From Octopus vulgaris (Eukaryota): DNA of 64,000 nucleotides. Below the pieces are notes generated by a model. The model saw nothing but the letters and a program-made list of their open reading frames with translations, was not told the origin of the DNA and ran no database searches. Numbering within the stretch: the first letter of the stretch is position 1; every line of letters starts with the position of its first letter. The stretch covers positions 34,224,001 to 34,288,000 of the forward strand of contig OX597820.1 in the NCBI GenBank assembly GCA_951406725.2. Direction: 5' to 3'. The position numbers were made by a program, and so were the translations under genes. Positions 23,670-37,075 of the stretch are shown here, piece by piece.

Positions 23670-24925
23670 GTTTGGAAATCCATCTACTGTTAATACTCAC
23701 TCTGTATTGGACTTGAGATGCTGTCCTTCCTGATTTGCTGGTGCCCACTTGAGCTGACACACCTGCAGAAATATTTAGATGCTGCATTTGTATCAACAAT
23801 GATGTTAAAAATAAGGGTAAACTGGTGTGGACATCTTTTGTGTGCCATGTCTTTCTGAAGCTCGTTTCCTTGACCACGATGCTGTCATGGGTCAAGCAGA
23901 GACCAATGTTAGGCATTTGTCATCTAGAATGTTGCTAGGCTCTCACAGCATTGTAGCAGCTGGACAAAGCTCTGAGCAAGAAAACAATTCAAGATTTCTG
24001 TTGGGGGTTAGTTGAGAGTATGAGCATCAATGACCTGGTATTCACTCTGAGCATCAGCGAGAATCTGAGTGGTATCTTCTGGAGGGCTTTCAAGTCAGAG
24101 ATTATGGACAACTTCAAAAGTCCTTGGCATGGTAGTGCTACAGGTATAAGGTGGCGATATTGGTGCATTACCTGTTTGTGACAAGCTCTTCAGGCACGGA
24201 AGTGCTAACAGCTGAACTTGCCCAAGGTGTTTGCAGGAGGATGAAACTGTCCGGCATGCAGTTGTCCAGTGTCTGCATTAACTACTTGTGGGGCTGTCTC
24301 ATGTAAGACGATCCAGCTGCTCACCTAGGGTATAGTGAATACTGATGCACCACCTTCATTTGGCAGAGAAGGGAGGCTGATCTTTCTCGGCTCAGTGGCT
24401 GTAGTGGACCCATCTTGAAGGTTTGAAGGCTAGTAATTTCCTATGTGGCCACGCTCTCATCAATTTCTTTAAGTATTGGTTGAAGAGAAAGATGAGGGTA
24501 GAGAAGGAGGTGCTGCCTTCTAGTGTGTTTATCAAAAGGTGGATGAGAGTTGCAAGATTGGCGAGGATGAATGGGCCTTTGAGTACGCTCTTCCAAAAAG
24601 GAGGTAAGAAACTGGAAAAAGGAACTTCTCATGCCTTTGAAACAGCAGAGTAATCTAAACTTTTTGTGAGGGCTTTTCTCAATTTACCCGAGGTGGACTG
24701 CCTTGCTTTTCGGAATTCTACTTATTTATTTATTTATTTATTTATTTTTTGAATTCTATTTTTATATCCTTTATTATATCCTTGTTGTTGTTGTTGTTGT
24801 TTCCCCTTTTGATTGATGCAAACCTTGCCTTTTTGTATGCTGTGTGTAGCCCTATTTTGATGTAGTCCTCAATGTCTTGTGCCCTTGTGGCCAATAAAGA
24901 AATCATTATCATCATCAGCAGCATC
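23670..24925 (+). mobile_element. L1/Tx1-type LINE 3' remnant
   Basis: Degraded ORF2 C-terminal zinc knuckle LPVCDKLFRHGSANS*TCPRCLQEDETVRHAVVQC (about 24168-24275), T-rich 3' UTR, AATAAA near 24893 followed by an (ATC)n tail. Confidence 0.65.
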
Positions 24926-26056
24926 ATTTATCCATCATTTGAGATATACCTCAAGAATTTCCTTTCTTACATGAAAATAGGTTCGGTACACCTTGGAAAA
25001 CATACCTAAAAATATTCCAGATTGGAAAAAGTTGTGTGAGAATGATGCAAGAATATTTTCAGGTTCTAGTTTTGTTTCTTTCTTTGAACGTGCACATGGC
25101 TATCTTCAGTGGTAATTTCTCAATATCTTCATAGTGGCTGTCTTAACTATGACAATCTCTTCACTCCCATAAATAACAATATTTACAAATTATAGCACTT
25201 CTCTTTTCATAGAACATGGTTGTATTTATTCCTATTGGTATTATATCAGTATATTTACAGAAGTGATTATGTGTAATTCTGATTACAAAAGTACTAATTC
25301 TGGATTAAGAGAGCCCTTAGTTTTGTTTCTGTTGAGGACATGATGGTCTCTCATCTGGTACAATGAAATGCACTCAGTACATTTTGTAAATACTCCTCCT
25401 TCTCTTCATCGTTGTTTAAACATCCATTTTTCCATGCTTGCATGGGTCGCATGGAATTTTTACTGAGGCAGATTTTCTAGGGCCGGGTGCCCTTGTTTCC
25501 AACCCTCTCACTTGTTTCCAAAGTAATAATCCCCCATGACCAGATGCGTTTCTATGGAAGATGAACAAAGGACACTGCTTCCATGACAGTAACATTTGCT
25601 TACAACTATCATTCAATGTCAAAGCAAGAAGAATAGTAACACCCCTACACATGTGCCCCCTACATTTGATGGGGTTCTTTAATTTCTATCTGCCAAATGT
25701 ACTCACCAGGCTTCGGGTAACCCAGTGCTGTAGCAGAAGACATCCAAGGTGCCATGCAGTGAGATTGAACCTAGAACCATGTGGTTGGGAAGCACACCTC
25801 GTAGTCACACAGCCATGCCCAACACCTATAAAATGATTGATAAAGGAATGAAAGCAGTGTAGGGATTAACCCATCATGGGCTGGTGGGGTTGGAATTACA
25901 CAAAAGGCCATTGGGGTCCCCTTTTATTTTTGCGCATTTCCGTACTATCCATAAAGTAACATTTGTTTAATCTTGTATATATGTGTGAGTGCATGATACA
26001 GAAGAAATTTAGCACTTTTTAAAAATATTTTTTTAAACTATACATACAACACTAAA

Positions 26057-26308
26057 TCTCTCTATATATAAAGCTGAAGTTGTCTGTGTATGGCAGGTTT
26101 GGTAGTCTTCAACTAACACTATCTCCTCTGAGACCCTGCAGTGCAAGTTGACCAAAATTGAGAGTATGATGGAAGAAGGCATTTTTCAACCAGAAAAATG
26201 TTCACTTAAAGAGAATAACTAGCTACATAATGCAAAATTTTTACTTTTCAAAAATTCCAATTCTAAAGGGTCGAAACAAACCCGAGCCACGCCTGGCGAT
26301 ACTGCTAG
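26057..26308 (+). mobile_element. Non-autonomous Helitron
   Basis: A|TCTCTCTATATATAAAGCTGAAG...3' GC-rich hairpin CCCGAGCCACGCCTGG...CTAG. The 5' part recurs inverted at about 30370-30496. Confidence 0.8.
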
Positions 26309-26614
26309 TCTTTATATATAAAACTGAAGTCTTGTGTGTGAGAGTCTGTCTCCTCCGATTTAGATTCCTAACTACTCCCACATTTTGCGGTTCAGTTTAA
26401 CCAACAGCGGGTATCTTATAGTTGTCATTCATATCAAGCCCTCCTGGGTATTAGCGCGCGTATACGATGAGTCTACGATTTAAAAAAAAACTTACCATCA
26501 TTTTTCCGCATTTTAATGATTTTTGCTCGGGTTATATAAGGGAAGTAACTCTCTAAAAATGCTTGTATAGTTATTTCCCTTACATACCTGAGCAACGCTG
26601 GGCGATACTACTAG
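26309..26614 (+). mobile_element. Second non-autonomous Helitron, head-to-tail with the first
   Basis: TCTTTATATATAAAACTGAAG...CCTGAGCAACGCTGGGCGATACTACTAG|T. Confidence 0.8.
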
Positions 26615-28505
26615 TATAAAATAAAACTAAAAGAAAAAAGTATATCGATTCATACCAGTACAAATACAAATAAAATCTGAATATCTGAAAGAACAGAAAA
26701 ATATAATTTCAGAGAAAGCCAATGAGGTCCGGATGGACCATATTTTATGCTATAACATCCATATATACAAGAAATTTTTAACTCAAAATTTGTACATGCA
26801 TACATAAACTATAGACAATAAAAGTCGTGAGATATAAAATCATTTAAATAAAAAATGTATAAGTTGCATAACATTTAAAGTTTGCTGTGGGGTCCCAAGG
26901 GATCTCGCCGGCCCATGAAGGGTTAGAAAAGGGTTTCATCTAGGGCATGACAACATCTGTAGTATTTAAGTCATGGTAGAACACATAGTAAGGCGGCGAG
27001 CTGGCAGAAACACTAGCACGCCAGGCGAAATGCTTAGTGGTATTTCGCCTGCCGCTACGTTCTGAGTTCAAATTCTGCCAAGGTCAACTTTGCCTTTGAT
27101 TCTTTCAGGGTCGATTAAATAAGTACCATTTACACACTGGGGTTGATGTAATCGACTTAATCTGTTTGTCTGTCCTTGCTTGTCCCCTCTGTGTTTAGCC
27201 CCTTGTGGGTAGTAAAGAAATAGGTATTTCGTCTGCTGCTACGTTCTGAGTTCAAATTCCGCCGAGGTCAACTTTTGCCTTTCATCCTTTCGGGATCGAT
27301 AAATTAAGTACCAATTATGCACTGGGGTCGATCTAATCGACTTAAACCGTTTGTCTGTGCTTGTTTGTCCTCTCTATGTTTAGCCCTTGTGGGCAATAAA
27401 GAAATAAGAACACAGAGTGCTATAGCAGAAGACACATGCCCAGCTGGGATTAAACCTAGAACCTTGCCATTGGGAGGCACACTTCTTAAACACATAGCCA
27501 TGCCTGCACTATAAAGTGGTTGATAAGGGAATGAAAGCAGAGTATGAGTTAAAAATCCCTTGGTTTTGTCTCATCGAAGGCCTGACAACGTGTGTAGTAT
27601 TTATGTCATGGTAAAACATTCTGGTAGGTGGTAGGTGTTAAAACCAACATCTGACCATAGAAACCATGCCAAAATTTAAATGTACAAGCGAGTGAGACAT
27701 AAGCCTCCGACCTCTCTGAAGGACAGTAGCTATGAATAATAACTGACTCAGACCGTCCAACCTGTGCCAGCATTGAAAGTAGATACGTGGTGGTGGTGGT
27801 GGAAGTGAGAGTGGCAGTGACAGTAATGGTGATGGTGGTAGTAGAGGCTGTGGTAGTGGCAATGGTAGCAGCAGCTGTGGGGGTGGTGGTGTTTGCAATG
27901 GCGGTAGTGTTGGTGATAATGGTGGTGGCAGTGATGGTGGTAGTGTGTTGGCTTTGGTGTTTGTGTGTGTGTGTGTGTGGAAGGGGCTCGATGGGTGCAT
28001 GTGTGTTTGTCTTCATGCGGGTGCATGTGCTATCTGTAATAAAATTGAGACACATTAGACTTTGTAGATTTTTTGTTTCCTTTATATCCTGTGAGAGAGA
28101 AAAAAAATCCATCTTTAAATTCACCTTAAGAGTCATTTGGTTGTCAGTAGTATTTTGTGTGAGTGAGTGATTATTGAGTAAATTATCAGAAAAGAGGGGG
28201 AAAAAAATAGAATCATTCAACGTCGTGTGCCAAAAGTTGCTAATAAGAATTAATTATAAAATGTTTTTTGATTGGCCAATATAAAAAAAATTTCCTTGGC
28301 AACCAGATTTATAAAACTAATGAAATAAAGATTTATAAAGAAAGGAACAAATTGGGTGTCTTCATGTGATTGGCTGTCAGTTCTTGTACAAGAAAACCAT
28401 TTGCTATCTGGGTACAGTTGCATGTCATATGAATTGAGCAGTGTAGGCTTGATGTTGGTATGGAAGAGTTCACTGGAAAATATAGATGATCAAGACAGTG
28501 GTGGC

Positions 28506-28556
<51 letters not shown>

Positions 28557-30002
28557 TACCTCCACCTTAGTGATGGCGAAGATATTGTTTTATTGATATT
28601 GGTCCTGTTTGTTTATTTGTTTGACCGTGGACAAGATATCTCAAGAACCACTTGATGGATTCAGATGAAACTTTCAGGGATGTTTAGCCTCCCAACTGGC
28701 ATGAACTGATTAGATTTTGGGATTGATCTGGTACAAGACAAGGATTCTGGATTATTTGTTATATTTACTTTACCTCCTAGTCTCACCGGCAGGACAAGTG
28801 AGACCATAACCCAGGATGTGCCCTACTTTTGAAGACCTGTTGAGGCAAGTGAGAATCAAAATCGATCAACATCAATGGAAATTGCAGCTGTGATACCAGT
28901 GCCGGTGGCACGTAAGAGAACCATCCGAACGTGACCGTTGCCAGCGCTGCCCCGACTGGCCTCGTGCTGGTGGCATGTAAAAAGCATCATCCGATTGTGG
29001 CCGTTTGCCAGCCTCGTCTGGCACCTGTGCCGGTGGCACGTAAAAAGCATCCACTACACTCACGGAGTGGTTGGCATTAGGAAGGGCATCCAGCTGTAGA
29101 AATATTGCCAGATCAGACTGGGCCTAGTGCAGCCTTCTGACTTCTCAGACCCCAGTTGAACCGTCCAACCCATGCTAGCATGGAAAGCGAACGCTAAACG
29201 ATGATGATGATGATGATGATTTACATGAAGTATTACAATCTCTGATTATTTCCCTTGAGAGCACACTCATGGTTTCCTCATAAATTATGGCAGTGTTGCT
29301 GCTTCCAAACTTCTCACTTCTCTATTATTAATTTTGCTCATGTCTCTATCTTAGTAGAAACTGATGGATAAAGAAATCAAACTACATAAACAAACAGCAA
29401 CAAAACCATTCAGAAATTAACTAACACTAACATTTTCAGTGACAATAATAAATTTAATTTATCCATGACAACTTTTAGTTTTACCAATTTTGAACATATT
29501 GCTCCCGTTTAAAACCTCTTACCTACTTGACAATTGCATTTCTAACTCTACCTTGAAGGATGCTTTGCTTCTTGGACTCACGTTTTTGTGTGCAACGATG
29601 TTGTTAAACCCCCATTAACAGCACCGCATGCAGGTCCTTTCTGTTTTCTTTCATGCACGGATAAATTTTTCACTAGAGACCTTAATGATTATGAAGACAC
29701 TATATCAGTGGATAGACTAAAAAAGGCCTTCATAGAGAAAACTGTCCCTGTTCCCACTGCAGACAACATACTCTGAGCATTACAAACAGCCCACACACCC
29801 ACCTGGACAAGGATTCTGGATTATTTTTCCATTTTTTTTTTTACTTAATTTATGAGAGTGGTCAGGTTCATTTTTTGTGCTCTCGTTTGTGAGAGCTGTC
29901 GAGTTTATTTCAGATATTCTCATTTGAAAAATCATCTCCAGCTAATTGTTGAGAGGATGTTGGTGTTGCCTTGGCAGAGGTTTGCACTCCCTGAGTGCTT
30001 TT
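28557..30002 (+). mobile_element. Helentron-associated element interrupted by a ~1.05-kb insert
   Basis: 5' TACCTCCACC, 3' CCTTGGCAGAGG plus the GCACTCCCTGAGTGC hairpin. The two halves match the 10186-10520 copy. The 21-mer GACAAGGATTCTGGATTATTT is duplicated at 28737 and 29806. Confidence 0.65.
29545..29776 (+). mobile_element. Ty3/Gypsy integrase C-terminal (GPY/F) fragment
   Basis: VFVCNDVVKPPLTAPHAGPFCFLSCTDKFFTRDLNDYEDTISVDRLKKAF matches the Gypsy pattern PL.PPY.GP(Y/F)...D.VS.DRLK.A. Confidence 0.7.
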
Positions 30003-30220
30003 GTTATAATTATTATTATTATCATTATTGGCAGAATCTTTAGCATGCCGGGTGAAATGCTTAGCAGTATTGTGTCTGCTGCTTCGTTCTGGGTTCAAAT
30101 TCCGCTGAGGTTGACTTTACTTTTCATCCTTTCGGGGGTCAATAAACACTGGGGTCGATGTAATCGACTATCCCCCTCCCCCCAATTTCAGGCTTTGTGC
30201 CTATAATAGAAAGGATTTCT

Positions 30221-30496
30221 GGTTGAAATACACTGAAAAATGGCGACAGCAGTCAAAAAATCGTAAAAAATAAGGATTTTCATAGAAAAAAATGCCCCTT
30301 TTTGATGTAAATAAATTTTGGTCTTAACATGGTCTGATTTTAATTTTATCTTCTACGGAAGGAAGAGAAAGCCTTCTTCTATCATACTCTCAATTTTGGT
30401 CAACTTGCACTGCAGGGTCTTAGAGGAGATAGTGTTAGTTGAAGGCTACCAAACCTGCCACATACACACATACAACTTCAGCTTTATATGTATAGA
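30221..30496 (-). mobile_element. Helitron 5' portion (same family as 26057)
   Basis: The minus strand begins A|TCTATACATATAAAGCTGAAGTTG and matches 26061-26180. Confidence 0.7.
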
Positions 30497-30959
30497 TTTG
30501 CTTTCCATGCTGGCATGGGTTGGATGGTTTGACAGGAGCTGGCAAGTCAGAGGGTTGCACCAAGCTCTACTGTCTGCTGTGGCATGGTGTCTACAGCTAG
30601 ATGATGCCCTTTCTTAATGCCAACTACTTAACACAGTGTAATGGGTGCTTTTATTAAATGAGGCTCCAGCACTGGTGAGGTTGCCAACTATCTTGCAAGA
30701 TGAGGCCCCTCAGTTGAGTGGGGAATAGTATTTAAGAAGGTGGCTTTGTGCCAAATGGTGAGAGGTTAAAGTATGATGGAGGGACGGAAACAGATATAAT
30801 TGACGAAATTCATGAAATATTATGATGGCTGACCCTTGGATAAATAAATAGCAACAGGTGATATGTGTCTGTTTGCTCACCTCCTACACAGAATGTCACA
30901 AAGTTTGCTATTTATCAAAACTACCTGTTTGCTGTCTTCATAACTGCTTATTGAATCTG

Positions 30960-31484
30960 TGCACTTGTGTGTGTGTGTGTGTGTTTGTGTCTTCCTGCAT
31001 GTGTGTGTGTGTGTGTGTGTACTTGTATCTTCCTGCATTGTGTGTGTGTGTGTATTTGTGTCTTCCTGCATGTGTGTGTGTGTTCATGTGTCTGTGCTTG
31101 TCTATGTTGCTTGTGCCTGCCTGCCTTCCTGCATTTATGTGTGTGTATGTATTTTCCGTCTACCTGCAAACATGTATGTGTGTGTGTGTAGTATTGTGCC
31201 GAGTGTGTGTGTTTTTTTCTGCCTGTATTTGTGTATGTGCAGGTGAGTGTGTGTGCATACACACATTTGTGCCTTTCTGTGTGTTTGTCTGCATGTGTTT
31301 ATGTCTGTATGTGTTTATGTCTGCATGTGTAAATGTTTGTGTGTTATTCTCTGTGTGTGTGTGTGTTTGTCCTGTCTGTCTGTGCATCTACATGGTCAGA
31401 TGTCAAAGCTGTAGTTTGAGTATTCCTTTCATGATTTCCATAAAAGAACCATTTAAGTTGGTAAAGATTTATACTTCTAGCTTC

Positions 31485-31515
<31 letters not shown>

Positions 31516-32488
31516 TGCGTGCACATGCACTCAAACACATGTACTCACAGACACATACACATGCATACGCATATAAACAAATACTTAGATACACACATAC
31601 ACAAATATACTTACACTGACTTGTGCATACATATATACATACAAGCACAGAAATGCACACATATATGCACATACATGCACTCGTGTACATATATGCTCAC
31701 ATATACACAGACAGACATTATTACATACAGACATGCATACATGTACACATGAAGTCACAAGCACGCATGTGCATGCATATATATAAATTTGGATGTGTGT
31801 GTATATGCAGATACACATAAGCACACTTGTTCATACATATGCATAAATAGACCTGTGAATACACACACACATGTACATATAGACACACTATCACAGACTA
31901 GAAGTAATGCTACCTGGTGGTATTATATGCTCGTTAAAACACCTGTTGTTACCTGCAGCTTGGTTAACGAGATTGTGAAAGAGTTGCACTGAATGATGAC
32001 ATGTTGAATAGTTTCTATTGATTGGCTTCTCACCTCTGTGTGTGTGTGTGTGCGTGCATGCGTGTGTGTGTGTGTGATCTAAATAATTCTGTACGTGATA
32101 TGTATTTATGTAGATAATTGTATGTATGTTTGGGTAGCTGCCAGTGTGTGTGTGTGTGAGGGGGAGGGATGTAGATAACTCTGTGTGTATGTGTGTGTAT
32201 GTTTGTGTGAGTGTATGTGTGTATATATATATGTATGTGTGTATTTATATGTATGTGTGTGAGTGTGTAGATAGGTGTGTGCACATGACAAGTATGTGTG
32301 TATATATGTGTATACGTGTGTGTGCGTGACATGTAGATGCCCACGTGAGTGTGTGTGTGTGTGTATGTATATGTGTGTGTAGATGACTGTATGTCTGAGT
32401 GGTACCTTGTATGGGCAGGTAACTGTGTGTGGTATAAATAAATCTGTGTGTGTATATCTATCTATCTATTTATCTATCTATCTATTTA

Positions 32489-32533
<45 letters not shown>

Positions 32534-32720
32534 GGATAGATACCTTTGTGTGTATGTGTGTGCTTGTAGATATGTATGTATGAGTAGGCAGTTGTGTATC
32601 TGTGTGTGTGATGTGAGTAAATACCTGTGTATGCGTGGGAGGGGTAGATAACTGTGTTTAAGAGGGTGAGTGTATATCTATCTGTGTATATGTGTAGTGT
32701 GAGAGTAAGGTTTGATAACT
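30960..32720. repeat. Extended compound (TG)n/(CA)n/(TA)n microsatellite field
   Basis: Direct inspection. Similar fields at 43975-44380, 46900-47460, 49450-49800 and 55560-55920. Confidence 0.9.
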
Positions 32721-32961
32721 GTACATATGTGTGGGTAGTTACTTGTGTGGTAGGCTAGTAGACAATTCTACAAGAGTGTGTGTAAGATCATCATCATCAT
32801 TTAATGTTCGTCTTAACAGTTTGACTCAGCTGTGTGACCCTATGAAACTTAAAGTTTCTTAGAGCTGAGTCCAACTGTTATTAAATAATATACCAACTCC
32901 TACCAAGTGTGTTGAGTTCCGCTTTGTTTTGTTTGTTCACTCATATATGTGTGTCTGTGTA

Positions 32962-32995
<34 letters not shown>

Positions 32996-32998
32996 AGT

Positions 32999-33041
32999 CC
33001 ACCTGAAGATTGTCGATCAAGACAAGAAACGATTGTAGTGG
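32999..33041 (+). ncRNA. Minimal type I hammerhead ribozyme motif
   Basis: CCAC-CTGAAGA-TTGTC GATCAA GACAA-GAAAC-GATT-GTA-GTGG: perfect stems I and II, canonical core, GUA triplet. Confidence 0.8.
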
Positions 33042-33132
33042 CGGTTTTTTTTTGACTATTTATTAAAATTTTATGTATTGATTAAGTCTTTCCTTGTTTG
33101 TTTTGCAAAATAGTGGTTTTGTCTCTAATAAT

Positions 33133-33170
<38 letters not shown>

Positions 33171-33341
33171 TGCAGGAGTGGGTGTGTGGTAAGTAGCTTG
33201 CTTACCAACCACATGGTTTCGAGTTCATTCCCACTGTGTGGCACCTTGGGCAAGTGTCTCCTACTATAGCCTCAGACCGACCAAAGCCTTGTGAGTGGAT
33301 TTGGTAGATGGAAACTGAAAGAAGCCCATTGTATATATGCA

Positions 33342-33386
<45 letters not shown>

Positions 33387-33592
33387 GTGTATATGTTTGT
33401 GTGTCTGTGTTTTTCCCCCCAACATCACTTGACAACCGATGGTCATGTGTTTACGTCCATGTCACTTAGCAGTTCGGCAAAAGAGACCGAAAGAATAAGT
33501 CCTGGGGTCAATTTGCTCGACTAAAGGCTGTGCTCCAGCATGGCTGCAATCAAATGACTGAAACAAGTAAAAGAGAATAAAAGAGAATATAC

Positions 33593-33999
33593 CAGGCATG
33601 TGCCATCAGTAATTACTCAGGGTAGGCAGTTGGTGATCTTAATGTAGTAAAACAAAAAAAATAAGCGAAACACTGATGCGCGAGTGAGTTGTAGGCAGAT
33701 CTATTTCTGCCTTTATAGCATGTAAAGAAAACATTGTTGTAGGAATGTGATCAGCACATGTACTACGACAGTACTATGCGTAGCTTAAATACTGTGATTC
33801 AAAAGCAGGGGCAAATTATGCCTACCTAATCTACTAAAAAAAATAAATCATTTTGCATTTTATGCACAGTAATCACACTAACCTTCATAATTTTATTGAA
33901 TTAAGAACATATATTGCCATAAGAGGAAAATGTTGCTATCGATCTATTTTATTCAAGGTAGGCACTGCCTACCTTGACTACGTTGGTGGCACATCCCTG
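33593..33999. mobile_element. hAT-like MITE with a subterminal palindrome
   Basis: Termini CAGGCATGTGCCATCA and TGGTGGCACATCCCTG; internal hairpin TCAAGGTAGGCA-C-TGCCTACCTTGA. No matching target-site duplication seen. Confidence 0.55.
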
Positions 34000-34076
34000 A
34001 TGAGTCAGGTTCACCAGACCTCAGTCAAATCGTCCAACCCATGCTAGCATGGAGAGCGGACATTAAACGATGATGA

Positions 34077-34126
<50 letters not shown>

Positions 34127-34897
34127 ATAATAATGATAATAATAATTCTGCTTGTTTTGCGTTACTTAGCCTGTTGGTAACACTTTCCTGTAATTAGAGA
34201 AAAAGAGGGGGAAAGAAAAGAGGGAGAGAGAAGTGTCCATAATGTGAGGTAGAGGGAATGTAATTGTAACACTTTCAATTACAAAAGAGAGGAGAGAAAA
34301 AGAGAGAGAAAAAGAGGATAAGGTGAAGAGGGAGAGAGAAGTGTCCATGACATGAAGTAGCGTGGACGTAATATTTATTACATGGTTAAAAAAGTTAGTT
34401 AAAGGTAGAGAAGGATAGTTAAAAATATAATTTTAGCAGTGTGGTGATGTTCTGATGGTGATGTTAAAGAAAGGCAGAGAGAGGTGAGAGATGATGGTAG
34501 TGGTGATTGGATAGTGAAAAGTGTATTTTTTTGCTAATTGAACTAAGTTTTTTATATCACATATCACTTAACGCATGCGCATAACAGCAATTCTGTGAAA
34601 TATTCATGCATATTTACATAGCAGATATATGCAATTTAACTAAAGATTGTATTATATGTATAGGGTACTTTTTCTATGGGAAAAATGGAAAAATAAGAGT
34701 CATTATTTTTTTATAAGTGCAGTGTATTAATCATCATCATCATCATTATGTGCATAAAGTATATAAAGTGTATATATAAAGTGCATTAAGTAATCATTGT
34801 ATTCCAGTTTCTTTCACTTTTCAATGAGTAGCAGATAAGCAACTATCTTTTGGCATGTGAAAAACAACATTCGAGCGAGGTCGTCGCCAGTGTCACT

Positions 34898-34940
<43 letters not shown>

Positions 34941-35544
34941 CATGTATGTACCGTGTAAGATGGTTGCATATAATTTGATTTGAGGGAGATTTGGCTGCTG
35001 TATCTAGCTGCTCATGCAACTGCATAGGTGCACTAGCAATGGCGGTGGTGGTGGTGGGGGGGATCATTCGAGGAATTGCATCAGAATATTTTTTTTTTCT
35101 GTCATGCTCATTGTTGTGTTAATTAACAATTAGTGATTCTCTATGTGCAGCTGTTGTTGCAGTTTAGCTTAATTAGAATCTTTTGTCTTCATTTATTCAC
35201 TGCCAAAATATAATTAATGAATGACGAATCCATACTTGTGCATATTGTTGGTGTTGTTGTTTAGCCCATGGTCAGTACTGATTGAGCAGACATTCCAACT
35301 GTGACGTCTTGTTCTTTTGGGCAGTTTCATTTTTTACTTGTATCACTCATTGGATTGCAGCCATGCTGGGGCACCACCTTGAAGGATTTTAGTTGAAGAA
35401 ATTGACCCCTAGTACTTATTTTCTTTGAGTTTGGTCCATATGCTATCAGTGTCTCTTATCAAACTACTAAGTCATGTAAAGAAACCAACACTGGTTGCTA
35501 AGTGGTGGTAGGGGAACAAACACAACTGCAAAGACACACTCACA

Positions 35545-36050
35545 CACACTTCCCCTAATATGATGGGCACTGCCTCTTTGCTCATGGACACTATCCCTGA
35601 GGTGATGATTGTTGCCCTCTAAGGTGATGGTCACTGCCCCTAATATGATGGCACTGCCACTTAGCCCATGGACACTGTCCTTGAAATGATGACCATTGCC
35701 TCCAAAGGTGATGGTTACTGCCTCTAACATGATGATATTTAACCCCTAAGTTATGGATACTTCCTGCAGTGACAGATATGGCCCCTAAAATGGTGGGCAC
35801 TGCACTTAACAATTGATGTTAAATTTCTTTTCGTTCTCTATTTAAGAGGAAAATCTAAATTATCCGCCCACCAGTTCCCCTTTATTTGTAAATTATGTAA
35901 TATTTTTTCCTGGTTTTTATGGAAAGACATTTGGGGTTAAAATATGAATGCTTGGTCAACAGCTGGTCAAACATGGTTACAGTTTTCAATAGAAACCTCC
36001 TCTCTTCTTGCTCCTCCACTTACCCATATCTTTCTTTTATTATGTATGTA

Positions 36051-36099
<49 letters not shown>

Positions 36100-37075
36100 C
36101 AGGTCTAATATTATATTTGTTTACACAAAAATTATCCTCTCTCCACTGTGTAGTGTGAAGCATAAATTTATTTTGTTTGTCTTTTGTCCAAGCAAACACT
36201 ACCTTCTGAATAAAATGGATTTTGTATAATTTACAAGGCATATGTGACCGTCTGAGAGATCATATGACTTGACTATGTTCGAGTTCATAGTGATATATTC
36301 AATTGAATCTTCCTCTAGGTTGTCCTCCCATGCAACCATAAATAGAATCTATTTGCATTTCAGTCTGTAGAGGTATGAGTCTCTTGCTTAAGGGCACAAG
36401 CACACAACAAAATGACAATAGATAAGATCTAGACCTATAGCCCTGTAGTTCAATCAGTTATCACCTTGACCATTTAGTTTTCAGATTACTCTGTCAAATG
36501 TAATATTTATTTATTCGCAGTGTTTTGAATTAATCATGCACTATCTTGTAGCTTTGAGATTTTGTGAATGTGATTGTTTATTTTTAGAATGACATTGTAG
36601 GGTAGGTATCAGAGGCCAGATCTAGCTGGTTTGAACATAAAACAAGCTGAATGTTTGGGCCATACATGGCTAGTTAAAATGCTAAAGGGCTAAGGAATGG
36701 ATACTGCCCCCTAGCTCATGGACACAGTCCTTAAGGTCTTAAACACTGTCCCTTATGCGATGGGCACCATCTCCTATCACATGGACACTGTCCCTAAAGT
36801 AATGAGTATTTTTCCTAAGATTATGGAAACTGCCCTTTAGTTCATGAATACTATCTCAAAGGTGATGGTCACTGCCTCTAACATGATGGGCACCGCTTCT
36901 TAGCTGATAGCCACTACCCCCATGGTAATGCACACTACCCCTAAGATGATACTCACTGCCCCTAAGATGATGCTCACTGCCCCTAAGATGATGCTCATTT
37001 CCCCTTATCTCACTGGAGTAATAGATATTGATTGCCCTTGGACATTGCTTCCAAGGTGATCAACACTGTCCCTTA
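35545..37075. repeat. Two patches (35545-35810 and 36700-37075) of a degenerate ~20-21-bp ATGGGCACTGCCCCTAAGATG minisatellite
   Basis: Recurrent CACTGCCCCTAA / ATGGACACT units in both patches. Confidence 0.7.

Larger units (their letters stand above)
25867..26925. mobile_element. TIR-bounded non-autonomous DNA element hosting two Helitrons
   Basis: TAACCCATCATGGGCTGGTG at the left end and CGCCGGCCCATGAAGGGTTA at the right end are ~20-bp inverted repeats; GGGGTCCC subterminal motifs. Confidence 0.55.

Noticed and set aside
25998-26023. AAG AAA TTT AGC ACT as the missing KKFKT exon
   Set aside because: No acceptor in the required phase, the sequence diverges (KKFST), and it hits a stop immediately.
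30858-32651. Numerous CV/HT/YI-repeat ORFs
   Set aside because: Dinucleotide microsatellite translations.
33997-34030. CTGATGA as a hammerhead core
   Set aside because: Formed by a MITE terminus joined to flanking sequence; no downstream stem II-GAAA.
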